A stretch of DNA of 62,039 nt, filler included, from Catajapyx aquilonaris (taxonomy: Eukaryota): assembly GCA_000934665.2 (NCBI GenBank). It is 3 parts of 3 records of this genome, joined end to end, with 100 filler letters (N's around TTAATTAATTAA, not from the genome) between each part and the next. Parts side by side here need not be neighbours in the genome. Positions count along the whole stretch, not along the records: positions 41,431 to 62,039 come from JYFJ02006224.1; 2 more parts are not named here. One strand, written 5' to 3'. The translations under genes and the position numbers were made by a program. Below are positions 51,039-62,039 of the stretch, in pieces. How positions within the stretch are numbered: position 1 is the stretch's first letter; the number at the start of each line of letters is the position of its first letter. Under the pieces are notes generated by a model. It did no database searches. It was not told the origin of the DNA and was given only the letters and a program-made list of their open reading frames with translations.

Positions 51039-52060
51039 TTAGGGAAGCGGGTCTATGTACTGGTAGTGTACTGAACCAGGTGTGTTGAACCAGGTGTTTG
51101 AAAAATACTTAGCCCCTGAAAGAGCGTCTAGAGAGTCGTCCACCCGTGGAAGGGGATAGGCGTCTAAACGCGTAGCTGCATTCATTCTCCGATAGTCAAT
51201 GCAGAATCTTGGGCTTCCGTCGGGTTTAGACACGAGACATAACAGATCCGGTATGCCATTCACCATGACGGATGTGGTGGTGGCCGAAATGATAGAGTTG
51301 AGAGGGTAGGATGGGAAGGGCTTTGCTTGTGGTGTACAGATGACCGGGGTCATCCCTGTGACACCGGCCGGTTCTAGTTTTCCGGCCCACCTGGTCTGGT
51401 CTTTTCCCAAGCGGTGATGTCCTTTTGAAGTTTCCAGCATTCCTGCTTTTGTGTTGTAGGGTTTCCCACAATAGGTGCATTTGGGCTTGGTAGCGTCAGG
51501 GTCGGCTTTGGTGTGTTGTGGCTGACTTACGGCCCTGACCGCGTCCTCGGCCTCTCACGAAAGTTTGAGACCGTACACTCCCTGTAGGGGTAGTAGTAAA
51601 CGGTTGACCCATACCAGACATGCTGGGGTCATGAGCATGAAAACCCGATGACCACTTCTGAATCCCCTCCCAAAGCTTTGCAGCACGTAGGACCTCCTCA
51701 AGAGAGGACAAATCCTGCGTCAACACTTGATGTTGAGACTCACGTGGTAAAGACTCGAACAGCTTTCTGCACGTAAACTGTGCGATCGTATCCGCGGAGG
51801 CTGTAGGATATGACTTTCTCATTGCCTCCTTAAGACCGAATACGAATGAATCCCAGCCTTCGTTGGGTAGTCGTAACATGGACACTTCGCTTTTCTTCAA
51901 TACCTTGGGAGGAATAGGCTCCAGTGTCGTTTCGAGAGCGGAAAACGCAGATGCAAGATCATCTTTCTGGGCGTCCGTAAGAAGACGGAACGCCAGATAT
52001 GCGTTACCTTCCAGATCCTTGTTATGCAGATATATCAGAAGATAGTTTCACCAGCGTAGA
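51039..52060 (-). mobile_element. Gypsy LTR retrotransposon remnant (gag, degenerate zinc knuckle, RT fragment), internally deleted
   Basis: gag-like 51900-51496, KCTYCGK knuckle start near 51480, RT motif [45 protein letters not shown]. Confidence 0.85.
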
Positions 52061-53567
52061 ATATTACGACTTGGTCACTAATTTCCGACTAATTTTGACT
52101 TGATAATCCTCATTTTGGAACTGGAAACCAGTGTCAAAAAGGTGCACTATCTCTTTAACGAATGCCTTCAGGAACTCATGGACACACTGTGGCTTTGATT
52201 CACCTACATACGTGGGTTGATTCATAAGTCATGGCAGGTATTTTTTATATTTAAAAAACGGTGCAGCCGGGGGCAAGGGAGGGCCTCTGGTAACTTCGGC
52301 CCCACACCCACAAATCCCTACGGCGGAATCCAACCAGGGCGGGGGGTTGGCACAGGTCCCGACCCAATCTTGGCCACAGTGCTAGCTTCCAGGATGCGGG
52401 GAGGACCCGGTGACCACCTGTCAGGCCAGGGGGTCCACGGGTGAGCAGCATAATATAGGTAGGTTCCAGCCGAGGCCCTATCCACCTCCTGTCCATGGCC
52501 GGGCGGCGGGTACTGCACGCCAACCGCGCCCCCGTCCAGCGGGAGCCACAGACGCCGCAGGGGCCGAGGCAGCAGGCGAAGGGGCGCGCCTGCTTCAAGT
52601 TTTGGGTAATTTCTTACTGCCCAGTTCTTCAGTTCAGTCCTGACATTGAATGGTGCAGGTTGCTGTACTTCTGCATCACAGAAATATGACATTCATGTAC
52701 ATGTTCTTCTTTACTATCTATAGGTATATGATCATAGGCTTCATCGAATTCGCTATCACTATCTGTGCACGAGTCTGCATCACCATGTATTTATTTCATT
52801 TGCCTTATCTACTGAAACTTCCACATGAGTGCAATCATTACTCTCCATCCTATATATGGGAGGGTGATGAACTACCTACCAGCACATCATTTTCTTCGAC
52901 TTATAGATTAGTTCGACTTAGGGAAGTTCGACTTATGGAAGTTTTACTGATATTTTATTGTACTTATTTTTGTCTGGAAGTCTAGTTGCAAATCCCACAA
53001 AATCCCGGAATGACCATACGATACGAACTCACGTGAGGTGGCCAATTAGCGTAATTGGTGGATGCGTTGAATTTACGGCAATGCTTTAATTTTCTAGGCG
53101 GTATTATTGCATAAGGGCATTTCCATGGGAATGTGAATCGATATAACTTATTGTTATTTGATGTTTATGTAAGTTAATTGTTAAGGCCTGAGAAGTGAGA
53201 AGATTCGGGAATATGCGTGTTGTGGGAGTTAGGTTCATTTTCGGAAGCTGAAACATGCGGCGTTAGATTCCTTGGAAAATGTAACCCCCGATGTGCTAAT
53301 TTAAGGCGGTGTAGGAGCCTTCCCCTGGATTTCTATAAGGGACAAACAAACAAAGTCTCCTTATTTATAGAGATAGAGAAGATAGAGAAGATATACATAT
53401 AGGTACTGATGTCAGATTTTTTATTTTTGTCACTTGCATCCCTTTGTTTCTAAGCGCCTCAATTGTTAAAATTATACCCTACAGGTTATAATAGTGAAGG
53501 AGCATGCTTTCGAGGATCAGACATGACCGCATATACAGTGCAGTTAATACACGCACTCATCTCATTC

Positions 53568-54183
53568 TTAATTCTCTCTCGCCCTTTTCCCCCCCTGCTC
53601 AGCATTGAGAATTTTAAGAAGCATTTTAAGCTTGTACGAGGTCATGTACTGATCCTCGAAAGCATCCTCCTTCACTAAAATGGTTTGTAGCAACCCTAAA
53701 ACCTGCCCAAACTGTGCAGGGTATGAGTAGTTCTTCACATAGTATATATGCAAAGGCACACACACAATGCTCTTTCAAGGGAGCAGTCCATGGGAAGATT
53801 GATTTTACCATCGTCGATGGACATTAGAGCCCTCTCTGATGTCCCCCAATATATTTGGGGACCAGGTGATATCGCCATGGCGGCATCAATGTTGTCTCCC
53901 TATTATGCACACCATCACAGCAAAGAGGGCAATCAATTAATGACAGTGCCTACCATGCATGCATTATAAATTCAACGCAGAAGTGGTTTTTACTTACAGT
54001 CATAATCAGAGACACAGAACTTGCTGTGGCCTGGAGATATTTGTCAATCTCAATGAAGCTGGCAAGTTCTGGCTTTTTCTTCTGAAGTGTAATGACAGCT
54101 TTCAGTAACTTTTCTGTCAGGTCATGGATGCTGCTACCAAATCGCAGCTCAGCTTCCATCGCCAACTGCATTGAACAAAACAA
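53568..54183 (-). pseudogene. Decayed multi-exon ORF resembling DNA-transposon accessory proteins
   Basis: IYYVKNYSYPAQFGQVLGLLQTIL resembles the YYxFNxxYP...LxxLQ C-terminal motif of transposon-associated proteins; splice-like boundaries; the frame is broken. Confidence 0.35.
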
Positions 54184-55342
54184 CCTTTATGATCTGCAGT
54201 ACTCAAACAAACTCTGGTTGGAATGGCATATGTGATGAATGAAATGTCAAAGAATAATGCATATGCCTTATGGCTTAAATGTTAGTTTTATATATGCACT
54301 TACAATCTCATGATTTTTCAAATATTTGGGTAAAATGGAAGACTCCATGTTTTCCCGTTTTGATAGTGAGGCAATGGGTGAAATTCAGAGAGGTTTGGTG
54401 TTGATGGAACATGAAATGGGCCAAAGTTTGCATTGGGAAATATAGGGCCATTTATAACCTAAAAAGATATGTTCATAACATGTAATAAAAACTAACGTTG
54501 TGATAAGTCGTAAAAGTAAATGGACAATAATAAGGCTTGGCACACTTTGTACAGTAATTACATAACGAAAGTCGTGTTCACTTACCCTTGTGTACACAGG
54601 GATAACAAGCATTAATGCGTAATTTTAAATATCTCAACAGGTAAATATAACTTGATATTGATTATAACATCCTGCACATCATTCAAGAAATGATATTATT
54701 GTATCAAGTTTTTATACGACGCAAGTACCAATCATTGATCCTTGTACTGATTTTCCTCGTCGGTAGCTGTGATTTATATGATTTTTTAAAAAAATCAATT
54801 GAATGCCCTTGAGGCTTCAATGTGAAAAAATGTGCTAATAACCACAAACTAATTCAAGTCAAGATCTCACGCACTTTATTTCCAACAAGATGAGGATTTC
54901 AACTTCTCACTCGTGAGATTACGAGTATACATGATTCTTAACGAAAACCCAATTATTCATGAACTCCTTTTCCTGCCAACATATAGTCTTCAGTCTTAAT
55001 AATTTTTCAATTCCGGTCAGATGGAAAATATAATTTTGATATTAGTGTCATGTTGCCTAACAATTCCTTAAACTTCAATTTACAATCACGAATCATTTTC
55101 ATTGCTGCGCTTAAACAGCAGTATGCATATGTATGCAGTTATTTCCAGTGACGATTCCAGTGGACATCCAAACTGATTTACTTTAATTACACGTAATATC
55201 TTGCCTCCTAACGATGTCCTACATGTAAGTCGACTCATTAACAAGTTACGTGACCATACGTGCAGAATTAACCAACTTTGCTATGAAGCTCACCTGAACT
55301 GATGCTCCGAACCAGTCTCGTCTACAGCCCTGACAACACATG

Positions 55343-55860
55343 TCATTTGACAGTAATGTGCCTCAGCGTCTGATTTTGGTCGATGATAAACAGTCCAGGC
55401 AGCGCATATGCTCCATTCTCTATGAACACTCCATAGGCCTTGCTGACCGCACAGTCTGTCGGGTCTGCCAGCAATGGGAATTCCACATGGCCCACATGGC
55501 CCACATGATTGTCTTGGTGATTGTCACCTGTCTGTCTAGGGGTGTTACACCACGCCTTGTGGATGATCAGGTTGTTCGTCGAGCACGCTATTATCTCACA
55601 GCCCATCGCCAGGGATTGATTATAACTGTTTGAGAAGGAGATGATTTCTTGCGCACTCATAGGCGAGCTGGGAAACAAGAAGTTCTCAATAGCCGACCAT
55701 GAGTACTATTTAATTGTACTTGATATACTTACAAATCACTTGGGTAGAAAATCAGAACGACATATCTCCCCGCGTAGTCGCTAAGCGCGAAATCTTTGGT
55801 TTGGGTGCCGTTTATGACGGCAGAGGTATTGAAGTGGTGGGCGGAGAACTGGATGTTCAT
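55343..55860 (-). pseudogene. Divergent typical 2-Cys peroxiredoxin (Prx1/AhpC)-like gene lacking catalytic residues; truncated by a frameshift at ~150 aa
   Basis: Exon 55860-55733 MNIQFSAHHFNTSAVINGTQTKDFALSDYAGRYVVLIFYPSD(F) joins in phase 2 to the exon from 55667: FSPMSAQEIISFSN...CEIIACST...HKAWCNTPRQTG...FPLLADP...SKAYGVF...LPGLFIIDQNQTLRHITV. Collinear with Prx1 [21 protein letters not shown]...RGLFIID. Confidence 0.85.
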
Positions 55861-56025
55861 ATCTTGGAGTAGGAAGAGAGAGCGTTATCAATAACACTTA
55901 TTTTCCTACAAGCCTAGGACACTTTATTACCCACATTACCAGGAAGTGTACGACCTATAAGGTAGCATTTAAATCACCGTGCATTATATTTAAAGAGATC
56001 ATTAACTAACTGATATCGTTATTAT

Positions 56026-56475
56026 TGACAATCACCAAGACAATCACGGCGTGGGCCATCTGGAATTCCCATTGCTGGCAGACCCGACAGACTGTGCGAT
56101 CAGCAAGGCCTATGGAGTGTTCATGTAGAGAAGGGAGCATATGCGCTGCCTGGACTGTTTATCGTCGACCAAAATCAGATGCTGAGGCACATTACTGTCT
56201 ATGACATAAGTGTTGTCAGGGCTGTAGACGAGACTGGTTCGGAGCATCAGTTCAGGTGAGCTTCATAGCAAAGTTGGTTAATTTTGCACGTATGGTCACG
56301 TAACTTGTTAATGAGTCGACTTACATGTAGGACATCGTTAGGAGGCAAGATATTACGTGTAATTAAAGTAAATCAGTTTGGATGTCCACTGGAATCTTCA
56401 CTGGAAATAACTGCATACATATGCATACTGCTGTTTAAGCGCAGCAATGAAAATGATTCGTGATTGTAAATTGAA
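56026..56475 (+). pseudogene. Inverted partial duplicate of the peroxiredoxin-like gene (3' part of exon 2 plus intron)
   Basis: Reverse complement of 55074-55526; encodes EFPLLADPTDCAISKAYGVF / ALPGLFIVDQNQMLRHITVYDISVVRAVDET with its own frameshift near 56124. Confidence 0.85.
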
Positions 56476-56479
56476 ATTG

Positions 56480-56630
56480 AAGCCGCAAATGGGACTCCCA
56501 AGTATTTGTAGTCGGGGACTGATTCAATCTTTATGTATTTCCATGTATAACGCTGTCTTTTCCTGATATTTTACTCCCCTTCCGAAAAATAACTACTTTA
56601 GTTTTTTGCACATTTAATGTCAGTGAATTC
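56480..56630 (-). mobile_element. Non-LTR retrotransposon RT C-terminal fragment
   Basis: NSLTLNVQKTKVVIFRKG matches the LxLNxxKTKxxxF motif of LINE reverse transcriptases. Confidence 0.6.
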
Positions 56631-56799
56631 GGGCCCTTGCAGACGGGCCCTGGCGTCGGCCGCATCTTGCGGAGCCACGGCTGGCCACGGTACCCGTTCT
56701 GACGGGCACGGAACAGGCACCCGCATTTGTGAAAGTGGGCGGTAGATGGCGGCACGAAAAAACCAGTGACGCCCAGTATCCGTCCTCCGTCGTCCACCT

Positions 56800-56972
56800 G
56801 GGACTGCTCTGAAGTCGATCATGGAATTCTCCGGATGATGCCCTGGGCCTCTGGCCGCAATTGCTGCGTAAATGGGCCTGTTGCGCGCCGCATTTCGCAG
56901 GCCCTGCTGGTGCTGCGCCAATTCTTTAATGAGGACTTCTACCTCCGAGTCCTCCCAAAACGTAGCAGCCAT
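56800..56972 (-). pseudogene. Myb/SANT-like (trihelix) DNA-binding domain fragment, PIF/Harbinger ORF1-like
   Basis: MAATFWEDSEVEVLIKELAQHQQGLRNAARNRPIYAAIAARG resembles WxxxExxxLI...L....RNxxIYxxIA; truncated. Confidence 0.55.
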
Positions 56973-57290
56973 TTCGAAAAATTCGCAGAAGCACAAGAAC
57001 ACGGTGTCAAGATAACTGCCGAAACTCGGAAACATGTGCCCCTATGAATGTTGTGACGAGATTTTTCAGACTAATAGCTGAAAGGTGCTCCTAGCTCCCT
57101 GTAGCGTCACAGGTTCGTACCTCTACTGGTTTGCACGGTATACCGAATCTCCGGGAACTTTTCGATCACACCTCGTAATTCTGCAGTGTGCCTAATCAGT
57201 ACAATAATTTTAGCTGGTTCTCTCGCTTCATCTGGAAAGCCTTATAGGCCATGTCAATAGTAAACATGAATTTGCTGTCAGTTACTTGTA

Positions 57291-58906
57291 TGATTCATCC
57301 ATATCCTTGCTATCCAAGCTACCAGGTCCCGATTGGTTTGTGTAAAACACTATAAACATAATCTACTATCGCAAACCAGGTGAATAACCTGGAGAAACAC
57401 TTGCATTCCATGTCGAAGCCTGTATTTGACCTTTTACCTCTATAAGGAATAGAGAGGCCTTTACCTGCAGTGATTTATAGCAGACTATAGATATTACTTT
57501 TTTTACTGAGTTTTACATCACATAATATGGTGACATCACATGTACACAATCTTTGGCGACTTTGGATCGAGATTGTGTTCCTGAATGTGGAATGGCAAGG
57601 TATCGTATACTGCAGTGTAATTATGTCACAAGGACGTTGATGAAACTGGAATAACTAAAGTATTTTGTAGAGAATTGATTGATTGGGTCATGAACCTAAT
57701 GTAATCGTACATATTTACATACTGATATTACTGATTAACGCTTTTGTCTTGGGGAGGGATAAACGTCATTCCCTATCCCATCCGTTGCAGCCCGTTGACT
57801 CCTCTAAATACGGTCAGAGTCGATTACGCGGTATCTTAACATTATTTCCAAGCGAAAATATATCTGAAGATGGAATATTACTTGCCAATTCGCTCCAAGG
57901 GTGTTTTGAGCCCACCCATGAGTTAAAGGTGTTGTCTGTACTTCCTTTCTTTGTTCCAGATCTTGTCACTTCATCAAATCTCCCGTGCAGAATAAATAGA
58001 CCTCATTATTGTGATGTATCCGTCTCTAAAATATTTTGCAAGCACTGTACAACAACAACAACAACAACAACATCACGACATTTCCCTATGAGGGGTAGTC
58101 AGCGATGAAGGGAGATGCAAGCTAACCCAACATATGAACTAATAAAACACATGAGAAAGAACCTAAAAACAACCTGTCCCACCCCCCACCCCTGTCCCAC
58201 CCCCCACCCCTGTCCCACCTCAGACATCACCTTATCCTCAGACATATTTACCTATTTACCCATTAATTAACCTACGCCATTTACACCTATCCAAACAAAC
58301 AACCCTAGCCTCAGCCACGTCCATGGTCCTATTGACACAAGAACGTCTCGGCTTAACACTAGCAACACCCTTAAGACACTGGCCCACCTGGTCCAACCAT
58401 GTCTTCCTAGGCCTACCCTTGCCCCTCTTACCAACTACTCCACCCAAATAAACCTTCTTCACAATCTCCTCCTCCTTCATCCTCTCCTCTCGGCGGTGTA
58501 CAATTTGCACAAATGTAGGGTTTTCTTTTTCTTTGGGTAAAATATTTTATAATTATAATTTAAGCACCTGGCTCACACACACAACAAAAATGCGAAGGTA
58601 CAGAATATTAAAATGGAGCCGTTTAAGTCTTTAGGGTTAATATTTCACTGAAGTCATACATCGAAATGGAAATCACAGCCATTATTTTGTACTACAGTGT
58701 GTTTGCTACTATCACAAATGTGTTTCACATGAATGATACACACGACAATGTCAAACTATCATCTTTGGAGGACAGAATAACTTTTGTAACTAAATGAGTG
58801 AGAGGGACCACGAGATTTTATTTATGGGTCCATGTCTGATGTCCGATTATGCCGTGCTGCAGGCTGCTTCTGTTGACAGGCACACGGTCGTAAATCCAAG
58901 GGTTTT
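57291..58906. repeat. Second copy of the 44881-46065 segment, interrupted by an RTE insertion
   Basis: Collinear with 44881-46065 except for the insertion at 58053-58496. Confidence 0.9.
58053..58496 (-). mobile_element. 5'-truncated RTE-clade LINE with (TTG)n tail and 7-bp TSD
   Basis: ORF end ERMKEEEIVKKVYLGGVVGKRGKGRPRKTWLDQV...DRCKWR (RTE C-terminus); (CAA)n on plus strand; TSD TGTACAA at 58046-58052 and 58497-58503; single TGTACAA at the empty site 45653-45659. Confidence 0.9.
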
Positions 58907-59290
58907 CTGTGCCCTTGGAACCCGGAGGCATCCCATCGCCCCCGTCCTGCATGAAATCGGCAGCCGTCATGCGACCGGAGGCCGGACTCAGCCGCTCGCC
59001 AAGGCTCCCATCATCTGCCGGCTCCCGCTCAACAGCATCCCGAATCGGGTTCCATCACCCCCCGGTTCTGACAGGCCCCTTCATAAAGTAATCCGCCATG
59101 GTGGACTGACCCGGCGGCCTGGAGGCCAGCCCCTGTTTGTCCATGACTCTAACCGCACCAGGTGGCGTCCGGCTCAAAGAGTTCATCAACGACTGAGAAA
59201 CAAGTACGGCACGGTCGCACGGAGTACGGGTCGAGGAGGTAACAAGCAAGGTACTCCTCCTTGAGCAAGGTAACAAAAGAGGGCTAAAAG

Positions 59291-59480
59291 CTACATAGTC
59301 AGGTCTCTACTACATTTCCCTATTTTGTATATGGAAAGCAATGTTGCAGGGCACGGGTACTCGTAATAGGTTCCTGATATTGGCAGACGGCATACCAAGT
59401 GTACATTGTCTTCTGTCACTGGTGAACTTGCTGTACGTACATGTACAACATTAACAATTTTAACAAGTGCCCTACTCATC
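59291..59480 (-). mobile_element. CMC/EnSpm-like transposase C-terminal fragment
   Basis: VKIVNVV...YYEYPCPATLLSIYKI resembles the FYxYPxxSxxLxIY tail of animal CMC-type transposases; a possible N-terminal piece (ELKNWAVRN) lies near 52610-52640. Confidence 0.45.
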
Positions 59481-60154
59481 AAGAAGTCCTCCGGGTTGAG
59501 GTCGGCGGTGATGACGTCTTCCGGGTTCAAGTCGGCGGTGATGTTGTTTGGCTTGAGATCCAGGCTGGTGAGGGCATCGGTGATGATGTCTCCTCCTGCA
59601 ATGCTGTCCGGTCTGAGATCCACGCTGGTGGTAGTGAAGTTTACCTTGAAAAATGTTCCAGGGAATAGTTCCTTCTTCTGTTTCTCTTTTTTGTAACATG
59701 GAAGTGCTACGAGGTTCACTGGTCCATAGATTATTGTTCCAGGGCCAATGTCCTACCACCTGGTTGGTTGCTACATTAGTCAACAGGTCAGTTATTGGAC
59801 CGTATGTTGACGTAACGTGGTTGTAGATCCATTGATTCATTTTGTGAGTTTTGATTCTTGCCTCAGTGAAAGCTCTAGAAATCTTTTCTGATAGATCTAT
59901 TTCCACTTCCGGGGGTGTGGTCAATTCCATTACTGGCACCAATGCATCATACCCGCTGGAATGAGGCTCACCTTCTGGTATGGGGGACAGTATTCCAGGA
60001 AAAGCCTTTACCAATTCGCTGTGTAGTTTTCTCCTGTTCGAATTGGTTATTTGTGTAGGAGACAACGGAAGGTAGTACGGCGACCCATCATCTGTGATGG
60101 CAGGAACGTCTTCTATGCTCACTATAGTATCCCATCAGCCATTTCACATGCGTT

Positions 60155-60330
60155 TTGTGCAATTCACCATGGAGCGATATACATGTGCGGAACAATCCGA
60201 CATGGTATTGGCGTTCGGTGCAGCGGACAATAGCGGACGATAGGCCCAACGCCAGTCCGCACCATGTGACATTTCCGGCTATTGTTAGGCGCCTGCGAGA
60301 AACTGGTTCATCCATTCCAGGTGAGTCTAT
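60155..60330 (+). mobile_element. Tc1/mariner transposase N-terminal HTH fragment (DUF4817-like)
   Basis: RPNASPHHVTFPAIVRRLRETGS matches P....P...T...I...LRETGS. Confidence 0.55.
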
Positions 60331-60373
60331 GAGAACTATATGGTCTTGATCTCTGGTCGTGTGAGTAGCGTAT

Positions 60374-61515
60374 CTATAGGGCCACTGTTAAGCAGAACGT
60401 GTTGAAGCTGGGTTGGAGTTCCTTCATCAGGGCTTCCTTGGAACAGGGCCATCCAAAATTACCAGATACAGCCGCTCTACGCAGCTCTCCCCTGGCAGCG
60501 GGTATCTCTGGGAGAGCACAAGTCCAGATTATGTGCGCTGGGGTCTGCTCTCCATCTCGGCATTGACAACACGCCTCGGCAGGTTCAACCCAATCCTCTT
60601 CGTCCCTGTTCTTTCCTTTTCCCAAATGGAAACGGTGTAGGTCTGCCCTAAAGGGGCCGTGGCCGGACACAATTCGGGCCAAGTGGCCATGGATGTGGAG
60701 ATTGTGTAGATACCGATGGAAGGAATCCGAAGTACCACGAGTCAGACCCCATCTCCCATTCCCTCTGCCAGGCCTCCATTTGCGAGTCGAATGCTCGTTT
60801 TCGCATGTGGTTTGCCGATATGGGCAAGAAGCGGCGACCCACGGTCAGCTGCGCCGCCTTCTTTGCTTCCTCATCAGCCAGCTCGTTCCCCAGTTGCCTT
60901 AACCCAGTGGAGGCTGATGTTCTTGTTAGCACCTTTCATCAGTCTACGTGCGTATTGAGCCGATCCGTTAGTGGAGCGTGGGTTTACCACCGTTTGAAGA
61001 GCTGACTTGGAGTCAGAGATTACCCAAACGGAATGTTCCAGCGCAGAAGAGGAGGCGATCTCCAAGGCCCTCACGATCATAGCCAGCTCCACGTCAAAGA
61101 TGCCAGCCGGTGCATTGAAAGGGATGTTTTCGCAGGTGACCACTCGCTGTCCTCCGTCCGTAAAGATCAGGAGATCCACCCCAGTCGGCGCCTCCGTCCA
61201 AATGCCAATGTCAGGCCTGTTCCATTCCCAAGGTGGCGGAGAGTCTCTCACTGGAACGGGAAGCCTCACCATACCCGCCCCAGCTTCGGAGTGAAGCCTC
61301 TGCCTCGCCTCCCAAATGGCCTTCGCTTGCAGTGCCGGTGGTATGGTCCCGCTCAACACGCAGAGGAGAGGGCCAGGCGTCGCGTCTTGTATGTTCTTGT
61401 TGCAGACAATAGGAAGGGGCGGAGAGCGGCCAACAGGTGTCTTCTCACCGCCTTCACCCGCGTTCGGTGGCCCCAAACTTCGGCCCCATATAACAGCATT
61501 GGCAGCACGCCTCAA
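60374..61515 (-). mobile_element. Non-LTR retrotransposon 3' part (RNase H + C-terminal CCHC), R1/I-group-like, frameshifted
   Basis: LLIFTDGG, FDVELAMIVRALE, VWVISDSKSALQ, ISLHWVKA, GNELADEEAKKAA, WQREWE, IVSGHGPF, CQC..EQTPAHIIWTC across three frames. Confidence 0.85.
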
Positions 61516-61589
61516 AATATATTCATAAGTCGTTTAAACACAGGTCTTTAAACACAGCTCAACCACAGTTAGGCCTAATCATCGGCATT

Positions 61590-61945
61590 TTCCGCTGCAT
61601 CACATACACAATGCTGTACACTTCAGCTCTCGCCTTTAGGCCTACACCTCGATCCGCATGTCGTTTTGCATCGGATAAGTTCCAAGCAAGCTTGTGAATA
61701 AGTAACCGGCATGGTAGTCCAGACGGGCACCCAAAAGTTTTCTTCCCTTTTCCATCCCCATTCTGACGGACTGGGGAGATCTAGGTGTAGGTTGAGTGCT
61801 TGACCCCATATATGGACGCCCTGGTAGATGGCTCGCAAAATGTGTTGGTACAGGGCTCGGCATTTAACGGGAGGGGAAAAAAGAGCGCTTTCGAAGAGTT
61901 CCAGGCATTACCTAATGCTACTGATGGATTTAAAGCAGCTGCAGA
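61590..61945. mobile_element. Academ-like (XPG-type nuclease + Cys-rich finger) DNA transposon remnant with an internal inversion
   Basis: Minus strand: ALYQHILRAIYQGVHIWGQA...PSPSEWGW...WVPVWT...LIRCKTTCGSRC...CTALC. Plus strand from ~61857: SAFNGRGKKSAF (H3TH-type motif). Confidence 0.6.
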
Positions 61946-62039
61946 GGTTCCATGGTTACGCCTGGAACCTGCTGCGAGTGCCTGACCTTCGCTCCAGTTA
62001 TTTTCCTTTTTGGTCGAGAAGAGATGATCGGGAGAACCG

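Overview
Eukaryotic (animal, most likely arthropod) scaffold window with GT-AG introns and two 100-nt assembly gaps (20621-20720, 41331-41430) that contain an artificial TTAATTAATTAA linker. The left half (1-30 kb) is gene-dense. It holds a 14-coding-exon FAM120A-like gene (+), then on the minus strand a MANBAL/anon-73B1 small membrane protein gene, a partial C1D gene, a short ankyrin-repeat gene and the Rho GTPase Mtl (Mig-2-like), which has a Helitron remnant in an intron. The main non-ORF signal is four paralogous box H/ACA snoRNAs of the SNORA21/ACA21 type in the FAM120A transcription unit; they show stem covariation and guide pockets complementary to two 28S rRNA sites, one of them the A-loop. 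The right half (40-62 kb) is mostly decayed mobile DNA: a dimeric ~170-bp tandem array, hAT, Gypsy, RTE, R1-like, Tc1, Academ-like and CMC-like fragments, and MADF/Myb remnants. It also contains an intron-containing peroxiredoxin-like gene that has lost its catalytic Cys and Arg and is partly duplicated as a ~450-bp inverted repeat, a 2A-like (GVETNPGP) peptide ORF, and a duplicated ~1.2-kb segment giving an empty/filled site pair for an RTE insertion. All gene models were read by eye; no database search was run.
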